Both the position numbers and the translations under genes were made by a program. Below the pieces are notes generated by a model that searched no databases, was not told where the DNA came from, and was given only the letters and a program-made list of their open reading frames with translations. DNA of 32,000 bases from Sphingomonadales bacterium (GTDB lineage: Bacteria > Pseudomonadota > Alphaproteobacteria > Sphingomonadales > Sphingomonadaceae): the NCBI GenBank assembly GCA_027488785.1, contig JAIYAY010000003.1:44168-76167 (forward strand). The letters are read 5' to 3'. Of the stretch, positions 14,466-23,344 are shown in pieces (position 1 is the first letter of the stretch; every line of letters begins with the position of its first letter).

Positions 14466-15833
14466 TTGGATAACATAATTGCGCGCCGTCCAGGGCCATC
14501 TGTGCAGGAGATATTGGATAGCGATACGAACGCCGCGCCAGAAATCATGCGCGTAGAATCACCTGCCATCGGGCAAAGCAGCGCAGATGTGTCGATTGAG
14601 CGTTATTTTTCAAAAGACTGGCATGATCGGGAAGTGGAACAAGTCTGGCGCAAGACCTGGCAACTTGCGTGCCGGTTGGAGCATATCCCCAATGTCGGCG
14701 ATCATGTCGTGTATGACATCGTCCATGATTCCTTGATTGTCGTGCGCACAGGGCCTGACGAGATTAAGGCTTATATCAACGCCTGCCTGCATCGTGGCAC
14801 GATGCTGCGCACCGAAGGCGGATGTGTGAAACAATTCCGCTGCCCCTTTCATGGCTGGACGTGGAAGTTGGATGGCGCGTTATCCGTCATTCCGGGGCAA
14901 TGGGATTTTCCCCATGTCGACAAAGACAAGATGAACCTTCCCGAAGCGCGGGTTGGCATTTGGGGCGGCTTTGTTTTCATCAATTTTGATGCCGATGCCG
15001 AGCCATTGGAATCCTATCTGGAAAATTTGCCCGAACATTTTGCACCCTTCAATCTAGAGGATCGCTACGTCGCGGCGCATGTAGCCAAGATTATGCCCTG
15101 TAACTGGAAGCTGGCGATGGAGGCATTTGTCGAGGCCTATCATGTGCCCTTCGCGCACCCGCAAGTGCTTGGTTATTATGGCGACAGCAACACCCAATAT
15201 GACGTTTGGCCAGGCGTGCGCCATGTCAGCCGGATGATTAGCGTCCAAGGTGTCGCCAGCCCATCAAAGCCCGCGACGACGCCCGAACAGACGATTGAGG
15301 AAATGCGCCGAGACGTGCCTTTTTTTGCAGGCAAGCCCATTGAAGTGCATGCAGGCGAAACCGCCCGCGGCAAGCTGGCCGAACGCGCGCGCGAGAAGAT
15401 TTCCCGTTCGATTGGCCGCGACATGTCTGGGCTTTCGGATTCTGAATCTCTCGATCTCATCGAATATATGCTGTTCCCCAATATGGTGCCTTGGGGTGGG
15501 CAAGCGTTACCGATTACCTATCGCTTCCGCCCGAATGGCGACGATCCGGAAAGCTCGATCATGGAAATCATGTTCCTATTTTCCAAAGCGCCCGATGGTT
15601 CGCATCCGGAACCGGCAAAAATGACGATGCTCGGACCGGATCAGAAATGGGCTGATGCGCCGGAACTGGGATCAGCAGCGATGGTCGCGGATCAGGACAC
15701 CGATAATCTGATGCGTATTCAACGGGGTCTTCGGGCATCGAAAAAGCCGGGCGTTACCCTTGCACGCTATCAGGAAAGCCGCATCCGCCATTATCACGAG
15801 ACGCTAGATCGCTATATGGATAAGGCGACTTAG
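14466..15833 (+). CDS. Rieske [2Fe-2S] non-heme-iron oxygenase, alpha (catalytic) subunit type
   Basis: The Rieske motif is CLHRGTMLR...CPFHGWTW (C-x-H-x17-C-x2-H). The mononuclear-iron motif is NWKLAMEAFVEAYHVPFAHP. The start is a TTG preceded by GGGAGAG. Confidence 0.88.
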   Translation: MDNIIARRPGPSVQEILDSDTNAAPEIMRVESPAIGQSSADVSIERYFSKDWHDREVEQVWRKTWQLACRLEHIPNVGDHVVYDIVHDSLIVVRTGPDEIKAYINACLHRGTMLRTEGGCVKQFRCPFHGWTWKLDGALSVIPGQWDFPHVDKDKMNLPEARVGIWGGFVFINFDADAEPLESYLENLPEHFAPFNLEDRYVAAHVAKIMPCNWKLAMEAFVEAYHVPFAHPQVLGYYGDSNTQYDVWPGVRHVSRMISVQGVASPSKPATTPEQTIEEMRRDVPFFAGKPIEVHAGETARGKLAERAREKISRSIGRDMSGLSDSESLDLIEYMLFPNMVPWGGQALPITYRFRPNGDDPESSIMEIMFLFSKAPDGSHPEPAKMTMLGPDQKWADAPELGSAAMVADQDTDNLMRIQRGLRASKKPGVTLARYQESRIRHYHETLDRYMDKAT

Positions 15834-15888
15834 CAGATTTGAACACACAGGCATGTTTGGTTAGTGGCAGCGTCTCAAGGGAGCATAC

Positions 15889-17445
15889 ATGCCATTAGCA
15901 TTTACCATTTACGACTGGGGCATATTGTTGGCTTATGTCGCCTTGCTGGCTTTGGCCGGCTATCAGGCGACACGGCGGACCAAAACGGCGGATGACTATT
16001 TCCTTGCTGGCCATCATGCGCCGGTCTGGCTGGTTGCGGTCTCGGTTCTATCGACGATGCAGTCTGCGGCAACATTTCTTGGCGCTCCCGATAACAGCTA
16101 TCGCGGCGATTATAGCTATCTCACAAGTAACTTCGCCGCGATCATTGCGGCTTTTCTTGTCGCCCGTTTCCTGATCCCTCGATTTTACGCAATCGGTGCA
16201 ACCACCGTGTATGAGCTGCTGGAAACACGTTTCGATGCGACGGCAAGACGCGCAGCGGCGGGAATGTATCTTGTCGGCCGGATCTTGGCGAGCGGCGCGC
16301 GGCTGTATCTTGCCGCTATTGCGGTTTCGATGATCATCTTCCTGGATGTCCAGCCTCAACAAATCATTATCGCGTCTGCGGTGCTTGTCGTCTTCGGCAT
16401 TGCCTTCACACTGTTCGGCGGGCTGAATGCCGTCATCTGGAGCGATCTGGTGCAGGTCGTGCTCTATCTCGGCGGTGCGCTACTGGTGCTCATTTTTTTG
16501 CTGGTGAAGATCCCCGCACCCGCGCCCGAAATCTGGGCAGCGCTGCAATCTGCTCCGGACGGAATGGACAAGCTCCGTTTGTTTGACTGGTCGTTCGACT
16601 TTAGCAAGCCGTTTACTGTTTGGGCGATCCTGACCGGGCTGGTGCTGCTCAATATCGGTAATGCTGGGCTCGATCAGGACACAACGCAGCGCTTCCTGGC
16701 CTGCGAAAATGCGGCATCGGGCAAACGCGCGCTTTATGCGAGCATGTGGGCGGCAATACCTGTGGTAGCTTTATTCATGGCGATAGGATCGCTGCTCCAC
16801 ATCTTCTACAACCGTCCCGACCTGATGGGCGTGAGTGTTGGCGCGACCAACGCGTTCGCCGGCGAAAAAATCACCGTCTTCATGTCGTTCATTCTATCCG
16901 AAATCCCGCCCGGTTTGCGCGGGTTGGTCACTGTCGGCGTCATCGCCGCGGCTGCCATCAATTCCGGACTGATCTCGATGTCGGCGGTGGTCGTGAACGA
17001 TTTTTACCGGCCGTGGCTTGAGCGGCGTGGCGCCCCTTCAACCGAGCAGCATATTGTCAACGCCGGACGCATGACAATGATATTGCTGGCTTTAGCGTTG
17101 TTCGCGATGTCGATATTGTGCTTCTACTGGCAGCGTTATAGCGACACGCCTTTGCTCGAATTTGTGCTCGGCGTCATGGTCTTTGCATATTCGGGCTTGC
17201 TGGGGGTCTATGGCACCGTGGTGTTTACGAAACGTGGGGCGACATGGTCGGTGATCGCCGCGCTGCTGGCCGGCTTTGTCACAATCCTGCTGCAGCAGCA
17301 TTATGTCGTGGACAGTCTTGGTCTGCCAACGGCGTGGAAGGCGCTGGCCTTCCCATGGCAGTTATGTATCGGGACGGTGGTTGCGTTTTGTGTGTGCCAG
17401 TTAGGCAAAACAAAAGGGCCAGGGTTGCCCCCGGCCCTCTCGTAA
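15889..17445 (+). CDS. Sodium:solute symporter (SSS) family transporter
   Basis: The 518-aa ORF is highly hydrophobic and multi-spanning. Its N-terminus, DYFLAGHHAPVWLVAVSVLSTMQSAATFLGAPDNSY, is typical of the SSS family. GGGAG lies upstream of the ATG. Confidence 0.85.
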   Translation: MPLAFTIYDWGILLAYVALLALAGYQATRRTKTADDYFLAGHHAPVWLVAVSVLSTMQSAATFLGAPDNSYRGDYSYLTSNFAAIIAAFLVARFLIPRFYAIGATTVYELLETRFDATARRAAAGMYLVGRILASGARLYLAAIAVSMIIFLDVQPQQIIIASAVLVVFGIAFTLFGGLNAVIWSDLVQVVLYLGGALLVLIFLLVKIPAPAPEIWAALQSAPDGMDKLRLFDWSFDFSKPFTVWAILTGLVLLNIGNAGLDQDTTQRFLACENAASGKRALYASMWAAIPVVALFMAIGSLLHIFYNRPDLMGVSVGATNAFAGEKITVFMSFILSEIPPGLRGLVTVGVIAAAAINSGLISMSAVVVNDFYRPWLERRGAPSTEQHIVNAGRMTMILLALALFAMSILCFYWQRYSDTPLLEFVLGVMVFAYSGLLGVYGTVVFTKRGATWSVIAALLAGFVTILLQQHYVVDSLGLPTAWKALAFPWQLCIGTVVAFCVCQLGKTKGPGLPPALS

Positions 17446-17462
17446 TTCGCAAATCACTTGGC

Positions 17463-18158
17463 TTATACGCCAGCGACGTCTGCCAGATCGATCTTGAGGC
17501 CTGGGCCCATCGACGAACTGATCGCCACGCGGCGGACATATTTGCCCTTTGAACCGCTTGGCTTGTTCTTGATGACGGCATCGACCAATGCGTCGAAATT
17601 CTTGCGCAGGTCGGAATCGGAGAAGCTCTTCTTACCGATGCCGCTGTGGATGATGCCTTGCTTTTCAACGCGGAACTCAACCTGACCGGCTTTTGCCGCC
17701 TTAACGGCTTCAGCGACGTCGATGGTGACGGTTCCAAGCTTTGGATTCGGCATCAGGCCCTTTGGACCCAAGGTCTTACCCAAGCGGCCAACGATGCCCA
17801 TCATGTCCGGCGTTGCAATGACGCGGTCATAATCGAGATTGCCAGCCAGCATGTCTTCCATCAGGTCTTCCGCGCCGACCTTGTCAGCACCAGCAGCGGT
17901 TGCTGCAGTCGCCTTGTCGCCACGTGCGAACACAGCAACCTTCATTTCCTTACCGGTACCAGCAGGAAGCGAAACCATGCCGCGCACCATTTGGTCAGCA
18001 TGACGTGGGTCAACGCCCAAGTTCATCGCGACTTCGATGGTTTCGTCAAATTTGGCGGTCGCCAATTCCTTGATGGTCTTCAGCGCTTCATCAACGCTGT
18101 ACAACTTTTCAGCATCGAGATGCGCGAGCGACTTTGCTTTTTTGGTTAGTTTGCCCAT
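17463..18158 (-). CDS. rplA: 50S ribosomal protein L1
   Basis: The 231-aa ORF reads [11 protein letters not shown]...[24 protein letters not shown]... Confidence 0.97.
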   Translation of the reverse strand: MGKLTKKAKSLAHLDAEKLYSVDEALKTIKELATAKFDETIEVAMNLGVDPRHADQMVRGMVSLPAGTGKEMKVAVFARGDKATAATAAGADKVGAEDLMEDMLAGNLDYDRVIATPDMMGIVGRLGKTLGPKGLMPNPKLGTVTIDVAEAVKAAKAGQVEFRVEKQGIIHSGIGKKSFSDSDLRKNFDALVDAVIKNKPSGSKGKYVRRVAISSSMGPGLKIDLADVAGV

Positions 18159-18162
18159 GTTC

Positions 18163-18594
18163 TCAACCCTCCACGACTTCGAGGCCCATGGCGATAGCCG
18201 AGCCTGCGATGATTTTTACTGCCGCGTCCATGTCGTTCGCGTTGAGGTCGGCCATTTTAAGGGTTGCGACTTCTTCCAGTTGCTTGCGGGTAATCTTACC
18301 AGCCGACAATTTGCCTGGCTCCTTCGAACCGGACTTCAAACCGAGAACCTTCTTGATCAGATAGGTTGCAGGCGGTGACTTCATGACGAAGGTAAAGCTC
18401 TTATCAGCAAATACCGTGATCTTCGTTGGAATGGGCGTGCCTTTTTCCATGTCGGCGGTCGCCGCATTGAACTGCTTGCAGAATTCCATGATGTTCACGC
18501 CGCGCTGACCCAAAGCAGGGCCGATTGGCGGGGATGGTGTGGCTGAACCTGCAGGAACTTGCAGGCCGATATAGCCGTCAATTTTCTTTGCCAT
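18163..18594 (-). CDS. rplK: 50S ribosomal protein L11
   Basis: From the ATG at 18594 the protein reads [44 protein letters not shown]. The 15 upstream codons in the track ORF are not L11-like. Confidence 0.97.
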   Translation of the reverse strand: MAKKIDGYIGLQVPAGSATPSPPIGPALGQRGVNIMEFCKQFNAATADMEKGTPIPTKITVFADKSFTFVMKSPPATYLIKKVLGLKSGSKEPGKLSAGKITRKQLEEVATLKMADLNANDMDAAVKIIAGSAIAMGLEVVEG

Positions 18595-18732
18595 ATATGG
18601 CGTCCTTTCATTCTTTCCCCGAAATTGCCGGAACAACAACGGGTCAAATTAAGCGGTCAAACAGTCGCGTCCAAATAGCTTTGGTAGCAACCTCCCGCAC
18701 GGGTTCTTCTGATTCTCATCAGGAGAGGGGGG

Positions 18733-18761
18733 CGAATAGTCTAACGCGACGCTTAAATCAA
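18733..18761 (-). promoter_or_regulatory. Candidate rplKA promoter
   Basis: The minus strand has TTGATT (complement of 18756-18761), a 17-nt spacer, then TATTCG (complement of 18733-18738). This leaves a leader of about 130 nt containing GGGAGG...GGAC, which could be an L1-binding mimic. It is a pattern match only. Confidence 0.35.
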
Positions 18762-18766
18762 CAATC

Positions 18767-18859
18767 TCGTCACCCTGAACTTGGTTCAGAGTCTATCGTG
18801 CTAAGCAGACCGAACATTAGAAACGAGAAATGGACCCTGAAACAAGTTCAGGGTGATGG
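18767..18859. repeat. MITE/REP-like inverted-repeat element (27-bp arms, 39-bp core)
   Basis: The left arm is TCGTCACCCTGAACTTGGTTCAGAGTC. The right arm is GACCCTGAAACAAGTTCAGGGTGATGG. They are reverse complements with 4 mismatches. Each arm also contains its own CTGAAC/GTTCAG mini-hairpin. Confidence 0.8.
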
Positions 18860-18871
18860 TTGTTTGGACCA

Positions 18872-19408
18872 TCACTTCATCAATTCAACTTCTTCAAAGT
18901 CGAGCTCTACCGGCGTTGCGCGGCCGAAGATGCTGACCGATACCTTCACGCGGTTCTTGTCGAAGTCGAGTTCTTCGACCAAGCCGTTGAAGCTTGCAAA
19001 TGGTCCGCCAAGAACCTTGACCTGATCGCCAATTTCATAGTCGACCGAAACGCGCTTTTTGGGTGCGGCTTCGAGTTCCTGCTTCGTGTTAAGGATGCGG
19101 GCGGCTTCGGCTTCGGTGATGGGCTGTGGCTTATTACCCGCGCCCAGGAATCCAGTGACCTTTGGTGTGTTCTTCACCAAGTGATACACATCATCGTTCA
19201 TGTTCAGCTTTGCCAGAACATAACCAGGGAAGAATTTCCGCTCTGCCTTGATCTTCTTGCCGCGACGCACTTCGGTAACCTGTTCAGTCGGAACCTCGAC
19301 AGCCTCGACCAATTGCGAAAGGCCGATGCGCTCCGCCTCTGCCAAAATCTGGTCACGGACCTTGTTTTCAAAGCCCGAATAAGCGTGAATGATGTACCAG
19401 CGTGCCAT
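18872..19408 (-). CDS. nusG: Transcription termination/antitermination factor NusG
   Basis: From the ATG at 19408 the protein reads [17 protein letters not shown], the canonical NusG N-terminus. A KOW region ([21 protein letters not shown]) is present. Confidence 0.95.
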   Translation of the reverse strand: MARWYIIHAYSGFENKVRDQILAEAERIGLSQLVEAVEVPTEQVTEVRRGKKIKAERKFFPGYVLAKLNMNDDVYHLVKNTPKVTGFLGAGNKPQPITEAEAARILNTKQELEAAPKKRVSVDYEIGDQVKVLGGPFASFNGLVEELDFDKNRVKVSVSIFGRATPVELDFEEVELMK

Positions 19409-19448
19409 AATTATTTCTTTTCCCAAAAACTCTCTGTAGCGGCTTATT

Positions 19449-19649
19449 TTAGCCTTCGGCGAGCGAGAGCAGTCCCTTTACGATTGCGGCAAATACCGCG
19501 TCGACGCCTAAAAAGAAGATGGCAAGGATGATCGTCATGATCAACACCATGATCGCGGTCTGCACGGTTTCCTGCCTTGTCGGCCATACTACCTTGCCGA
19601 TTTCGGTCCGCACCTGACGGATGAATTCACCGGGGCTATTCTTTGCCAT
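19449..19649 (-). CDS. secE: Preprotein translocase subunit SecE
   Basis: The 66-aa ORF has FIRQVRTEIGKVVWPTRQET followed by a single TM helix. It sits directly upstream of nusG. Confidence 0.9.
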   Translation of the reverse strand: MAKNSPGEFIRQVRTEIGKVVWPTRQETVQTAIMVLIMTIILAIFFLGVDAVFAAIVKGLLSLAEG

Positions 19650-19879
19650 ATCGTTTCTTCCTGTTCGATCCCGAGGATAGCCGCCAGCGCTCCGACCGGC
19701 GGGTCGAGAGCGATATAGGTTCCTGTTTCGGAAAGACTAGGCCTTTAGCGATGGATTCGGCCTGAGGCAAGTATGTTTAGGAAAGCCCGTTGGCCACAGG
19801 AACGATATTGAAGTGCCTTGAACTATCGGGCTTTTGGGTTATCTCCCTCAAGCTCAATCTTGCCAAGGAAACACCCCAA

Positions 19880-20785
19880 ATGCCATCCGGTCTCGCTGCT
19901 TTACTCGACGATATCGCTACCATTGCAAAAGTGGCGGCCGCTTCTGTGGATGATGTTGCTGCCGCAGCGGGTAAGGCGGGAAGCAAAGCCGCAGGGGTCG
20001 TCATCGACGATACAGCCGTGACGCCGCAATATGTCACAGGCTTTACCCCCGATCGCGAATTGCCGATCATCTGGCGCATTGCCAAGGGGTCATTCTTCAA
20101 CAAGCTGGTGATCATCTTGCCTGTGGCGCTGCTTTTGAGCTTGTTCCTGCCATGGGCGATCACGCCGATTCTGATGCTCGGTGGCGCTTATCTTTGCTTT
20201 GAAGGCGCGGAAAAAGTGTGGGAAAAAATTGCCCCGCATGAAGAAGAGAATCTGCTTGAGGAACTCGCAGAGCTGACAAGCACCGAACATGAGGCCGCAA
20301 TGGTAAAAGGCGCCGTGCGTACCGATTTCATCTTGTCCGCCGAAATCATGGCGATTGCCCTCAATGAAGTAAAAAGTCTTGCGGAAACATCGATTTGGTT
20401 GGAGGCGGGTACCCTGGCCTTTGTCGCTATCGCGGTCACCATTGGGGTCTATGGCGTGGTTGGCCTGATCGTCAAAATGGACGATATCGGCCTGAAGATG
20501 GCCGGACGCGAAAATGGCGCGGCACAAGCCATTGGTCGCGGACTGGTAAAGGGCATGCCTAAATTGCTTGCGGCCTTGTCCACCATCGGCACTGCGGCCA
20601 TGCTATGGGTCGGCGGCCAGATCATCGTCCACGGCTTTGGCATCCATCCAGCGGAGTTTCTCGGCCTCTATGAAGGCGCTTTGGCATGGGTCGCAGATGC
20701 AACATTGAGCGGGGTTGCCGGTCTTGCCATCGGCGCGGTGATTGTGTGGGTGTATCACATAGTTACCAAGCGCAAGGCGCATTGA
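19880..20785 (+). CDS. yedI: DUF808 family inner-membrane protein (YedI-like)
   Basis: From the ATG at 19880 the protein reads MPSGLAALLDDIATIAKVAAASVDD...RELPIIWRIAKGSFFNKLVIILPVALLLS...FEGAEKV...AVRTDFILSAEIM. From memory this is collinear with E. coli YedI. Confidence 0.85.
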   Translation: MPSGLAALLDDIATIAKVAAASVDDVAAAAGKAGSKAAGVVIDDTAVTPQYVTGFTPDRELPIIWRIAKGSFFNKLVIILPVALLLSLFLPWAITPILMLGGAYLCFEGAEKVWEKIAPHEEENLLEELAELTSTEHEAAMVKGAVRTDFILSAEIMAIALNEVKSLAETSIWLEAGTLAFVAIAVTIGVYGVVGLIVKMDDIGLKMAGRENGAAQAIGRGLVKGMPKLLAALSTIGTAAMLWVGGQIIVHGFGIHPAEFLGLYEGALAWVADATLSGVAGLAIGAVIVWVYHIVTKRKAH

Positions 20786-20821
20786 TCGAACCCACTCACC
20801 ATTTCTAACAATTTAAGAAAA

Positions 20822-20897
20822 TGGCAGGAGTTGGGGGACTCGAACCCACGACCCTCGGTTTTGGAGACCGATGCTCTACCAACTGAGCTAAACTCCT
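20822..20897 (-). tRNA. trnW: tRNA-Trp (anticodon CCA)
   Basis: I folded the minus-strand 76-nt sequence by hand: AGGAGTT-TA-GCTC-AGTTGGTA-GAGC-A-TCGGT-CTCCAAA-ACCGA-GGGTC-GTGGG-TTCGAGT-CCCCC-AACTCCT-G-CCA. It gives a 7-bp acceptor stem, D and anticodon arms, a T-loop of TTCGAGT and an encoded CCA. There is one U-C mismatch in the T stem. Confidence 0.9.
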
Positions 20898-20937
20898 GCA
20901 CTTCGTTTTTCAGCGAAGAAGGGTGCCCTTAACCCCG

Positions 20938-20992
20938 ATATGCGAACGGGGCAAGTCTGCTTTCGCAAACCCGCCCCGTTCTTAGCGCATAT
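20938..20992 (-). terminator. Long GC-rich hairpin downstream of the TonB-dependent receptor (possible terminator, no U-tract)
   Basis: ATATGC-GAACGGGGC ... GCCCCGTTC-(CTTAG bulge)-GCATAT starts 10 nt after the stop at 21002. The 9-bp GC-rich inner stem is extended by a 6-bp outer stem. No T-run follows, so its function is uncertain. Confidence 0.4.
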
Positions 20993-21001
20993 TCTTTGAA
21001 T

Positions 21002-23344
21002 TTAGAACTTGAACCCAGCTTCAATGCCCCAGACGCGGGGTTCGTTGACGAAGCCGGTCAGGTTGTTGAAGTCGATACCGCCGACAGCCGACGTGTCCTT
21101 GGTGATATTGCGGACGAAAGCCGAAATATCGAATGCGTCGGTTTTATAGCCAACGCGTAAGCCGCCTTCGAGCATATGCTTGTCTTGGAATTCAACCGAT
21201 TCATACAAGAAGAAGTTGATCTTCGAACGATAGGCCCAATCGGTGAAGGCATAGACTTCGCCATTTCCAACAGGAACGCCATAGCGTGCGGTCCAGTTGG
21301 CGATCCATTTGGGGCTCTGCGGCAGGCTGTTGCCATCGATGTTGACGATAGCAGCGGAGAAAGGCGCTGCGGCAACGACGATTGGGTCAAGCGGGGTGCA
21401 CAAGGATACGTTCGGGAACGTATCAACGCGCGTTGCGCCGCAGGCTGCGGTGGTCAGGCCCGTGTCCTGAATGCTGGTGTTGTTGTAGCTCAAGCCAGCG
21501 GTCAGCAATAATTGCGGCACAGGCTTGAATTCTACATCAGCTTCAAAACCATAGCCACGGACCATGTCGGCATTGATCAAGCGATTGGCGTTTACGCCGC
21601 CTCCGACTGCCGTCAATTGCGCATCTTTCAACTCATAATAGAAGCCGTTTACGTTGAAACGGGCACGTCCATCGAGCAAGGTCGACTTGATGCCGCTTTC
21701 ATAGGAGGTGATCGTTTCCGACTTGCCAACGGTTACGCCGCTTTCCAACGGAGTAGCAGTTGCTGGCGGGAACAGGATGCGGCCCTGAATCGATGGCGCG
21801 CGGTAGCCACGGGCCACACGGGCATAGAGATTTACATCATCGGAGGCCGCATAAGTTCCGCTCAGATCCCACGTCAGGTTGTTGTCGCTGACATCACGGC
21901 GCACCGTGCCAAGCGGGTTTCGAAGGAAGCCGGGGAACTGGCTGTCCTTGCTACGCACGGCGACAAAGTCACGCTTGTCATCATTGTAACGTAAGCCACC
22001 GGTGACGCTGAACTGATCATTCAGTTGGTAGGTCATCGAACCGAACAGGCCATAAGCCTTGCTGTTCTGAACCTGCGAGACAAGAATGTTGACGCCATCG
22101 GCGGCGTTGCTCGGGTCACCTAGCGTTGAGTAGTTTTCCGAAACGATCTCGAGTTCTTCGTCAAAATAGAAGACGCCGGCCTGATAGCTCAAGGGGCCGT
22201 CATTGTTGCTCGCGATGCGGAATTCTTGTGTGAACTGCGTCAGATTTGGCACGCTGTCACGTGTTTCGGCAGTAAACGGAATTTCGCCTGGACCATAAAG
22301 GTTGCGTGGCAAGAAGTTTGCACCAAAGCCGCCGTCGACGTCACCAACCGAGGTTGCATCCCCCTCCCAATAGCTGGTGACCGAAATGAGCGACACAGGG
22401 CCAGCATCATAGGTCATGCGTGCGGACATATTTTGCGTGTCGACGCGTTGTTGGTTCTTCCCGTCGGTGGATATGCGATACCGGTTAAAGTTCGCGTTCA
22501 GACCTTCTTTGCCGCGAGTGAACACATTGGCACGGAATACACGTGCCGTGCCATCCAACGAGCGGAACTGGCCAGTCATCAAAATGTCGAAATCATCGCT
22601 TGGCTTGATCAGGAACTGCACGCGCGCGGCATATTCCTTATAGCCTTCAAAGGCGTCCTTTGTGGTCTTAGCGGGGAGGACATTGTCGACATAATCGTCC
22701 TGGCGTTGGTACATGCCCGACACGCGGACACTCACTTTTTCGCCCAAAGGACCGCCAAAAGCGCCTTCAACGTTTACTGCGTTGAAGCGGCCATAGGAAA
22801 TTTTGCCGTAGCCACCAGCAACATCGCTTGGCTTCACGCTGTCGAACTTGACGATACCAGCGGTGGTGTTGCGGCCAAACAAGGTGCCTTGTGGTCCACG
22901 CAATACTTCGACACGCTCCATGTCAAAAATAGGGAAGCCCTTAAGGATAGGGTTTTCCAGCACGACATCATCATAGATCAAGCTGACAGGTTGCGATGCG
23001 TTGAAGTCAAAATCGGTGTTGCCAAGGCCGCGAATATAGAAACGCGGGAAGGTGCGACCAAAGGAGGATTCCACCAACAGGCTGGGTACGCGACCTGACA
23101 TGCCGCGAATATCGACGCCACCTGCGGTAAGTGCACCAAGCTGGTCCCCGCTGACAGCGGTAACGGACAATGGCACATCCTGCAGATTTTCTTCGCGACG
23201 CTGTGCAGTAACGACGATTTCACCCAAAGCTGCACTGTTTTGTGCGGTTTCGTCCTGCGCATAAGCGGCAGGTGCAATGAAAATGCTAGTAGTAGCAACC
23301 GCGATAGCGGCGCTGGATGTCAACAGTGAGCGTATCGAACGCAT
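21002..23344 (-). CDS. TonB-dependent outer-membrane receptor
   Basis: The 780-aa ORF has a signal peptide ending AYAQD and a plug region (IVVTAQRREENLQDVPLSVTAV...RGPQGTLFGRNTTAGIVKF). The remainder is beta-barrel-like, with a terminal aromatic residue (...EAGFKF). Confidence 0.92.
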   Translation of the reverse strand: MRSIRSLLTSSAAIAVATTSIFIAPAAYAQDETAQNSAALGEIVVTAQRREENLQDVPLSVTAVSGDQLGALTAGGVDIRGMSGRVPSLLVESSFGRTFPRFYIRGLGNTDFDFNASQPVSLIYDDVVLENPILKGFPIFDMERVEVLRGPQGTLFGRNTTAGIVKFDSVKPSDVAGGYGKISYGRFNAVNVEGAFGGPLGEKVSVRVSGMYQRQDDYVDNVLPAKTTKDAFEGYKEYAARVQFLIKPSDDFDILMTGQFRSLDGTARVFRANVFTRGKEGLNANFNRYRISTDGKNQQRVDTQNMSARMTYDAGPVSLISVTSYWEGDATSVGDVDGGFGANFLPRNLYGPGEIPFTAETRDSVPNLTQFTQEFRIASNNDGPLSYQAGVFYFDEELEIVSENYSTLGDPSNAADGVNILVSQVQNSKAYGLFGSMTYQLNDQFSVTGGLRYNDDKRDFVAVRSKDSQFPGFLRNPLGTVRRDVSDNNLTWDLSGTYAASDDVNLYARVARGYRAPSIQGRILFPPATATPLESGVTVGKSETITSYESGIKSTLLDGRARFNVNGFYYELKDAQLTAVGGGVNANRLINADMVRGYGFEADVEFKPVPQLLLTAGLSYNNTSIQDTGLTTAACGATRVDTFPNVSLCTPLDPIVVAAAPFSAAIVNIDGNSLPQSPKWIANWTARYGVPVGNGEVYAFTDWAYRSKINFFLYESVEFQDKHMLEGGLRVGYKTDAFDISAFVRNITKDTSAVGGIDFNNLTGFVNEPRVWGIEAGFKF

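Noticed and set aside
18525-19025. A 166-aa + strand ORF containing '...[10 protein letters not shown]...' spans the rplK-nusG spacer.
   Set aside because: It is a translation artefact through the MITE-like repeat and the antisense of nusG, with no coding signature.
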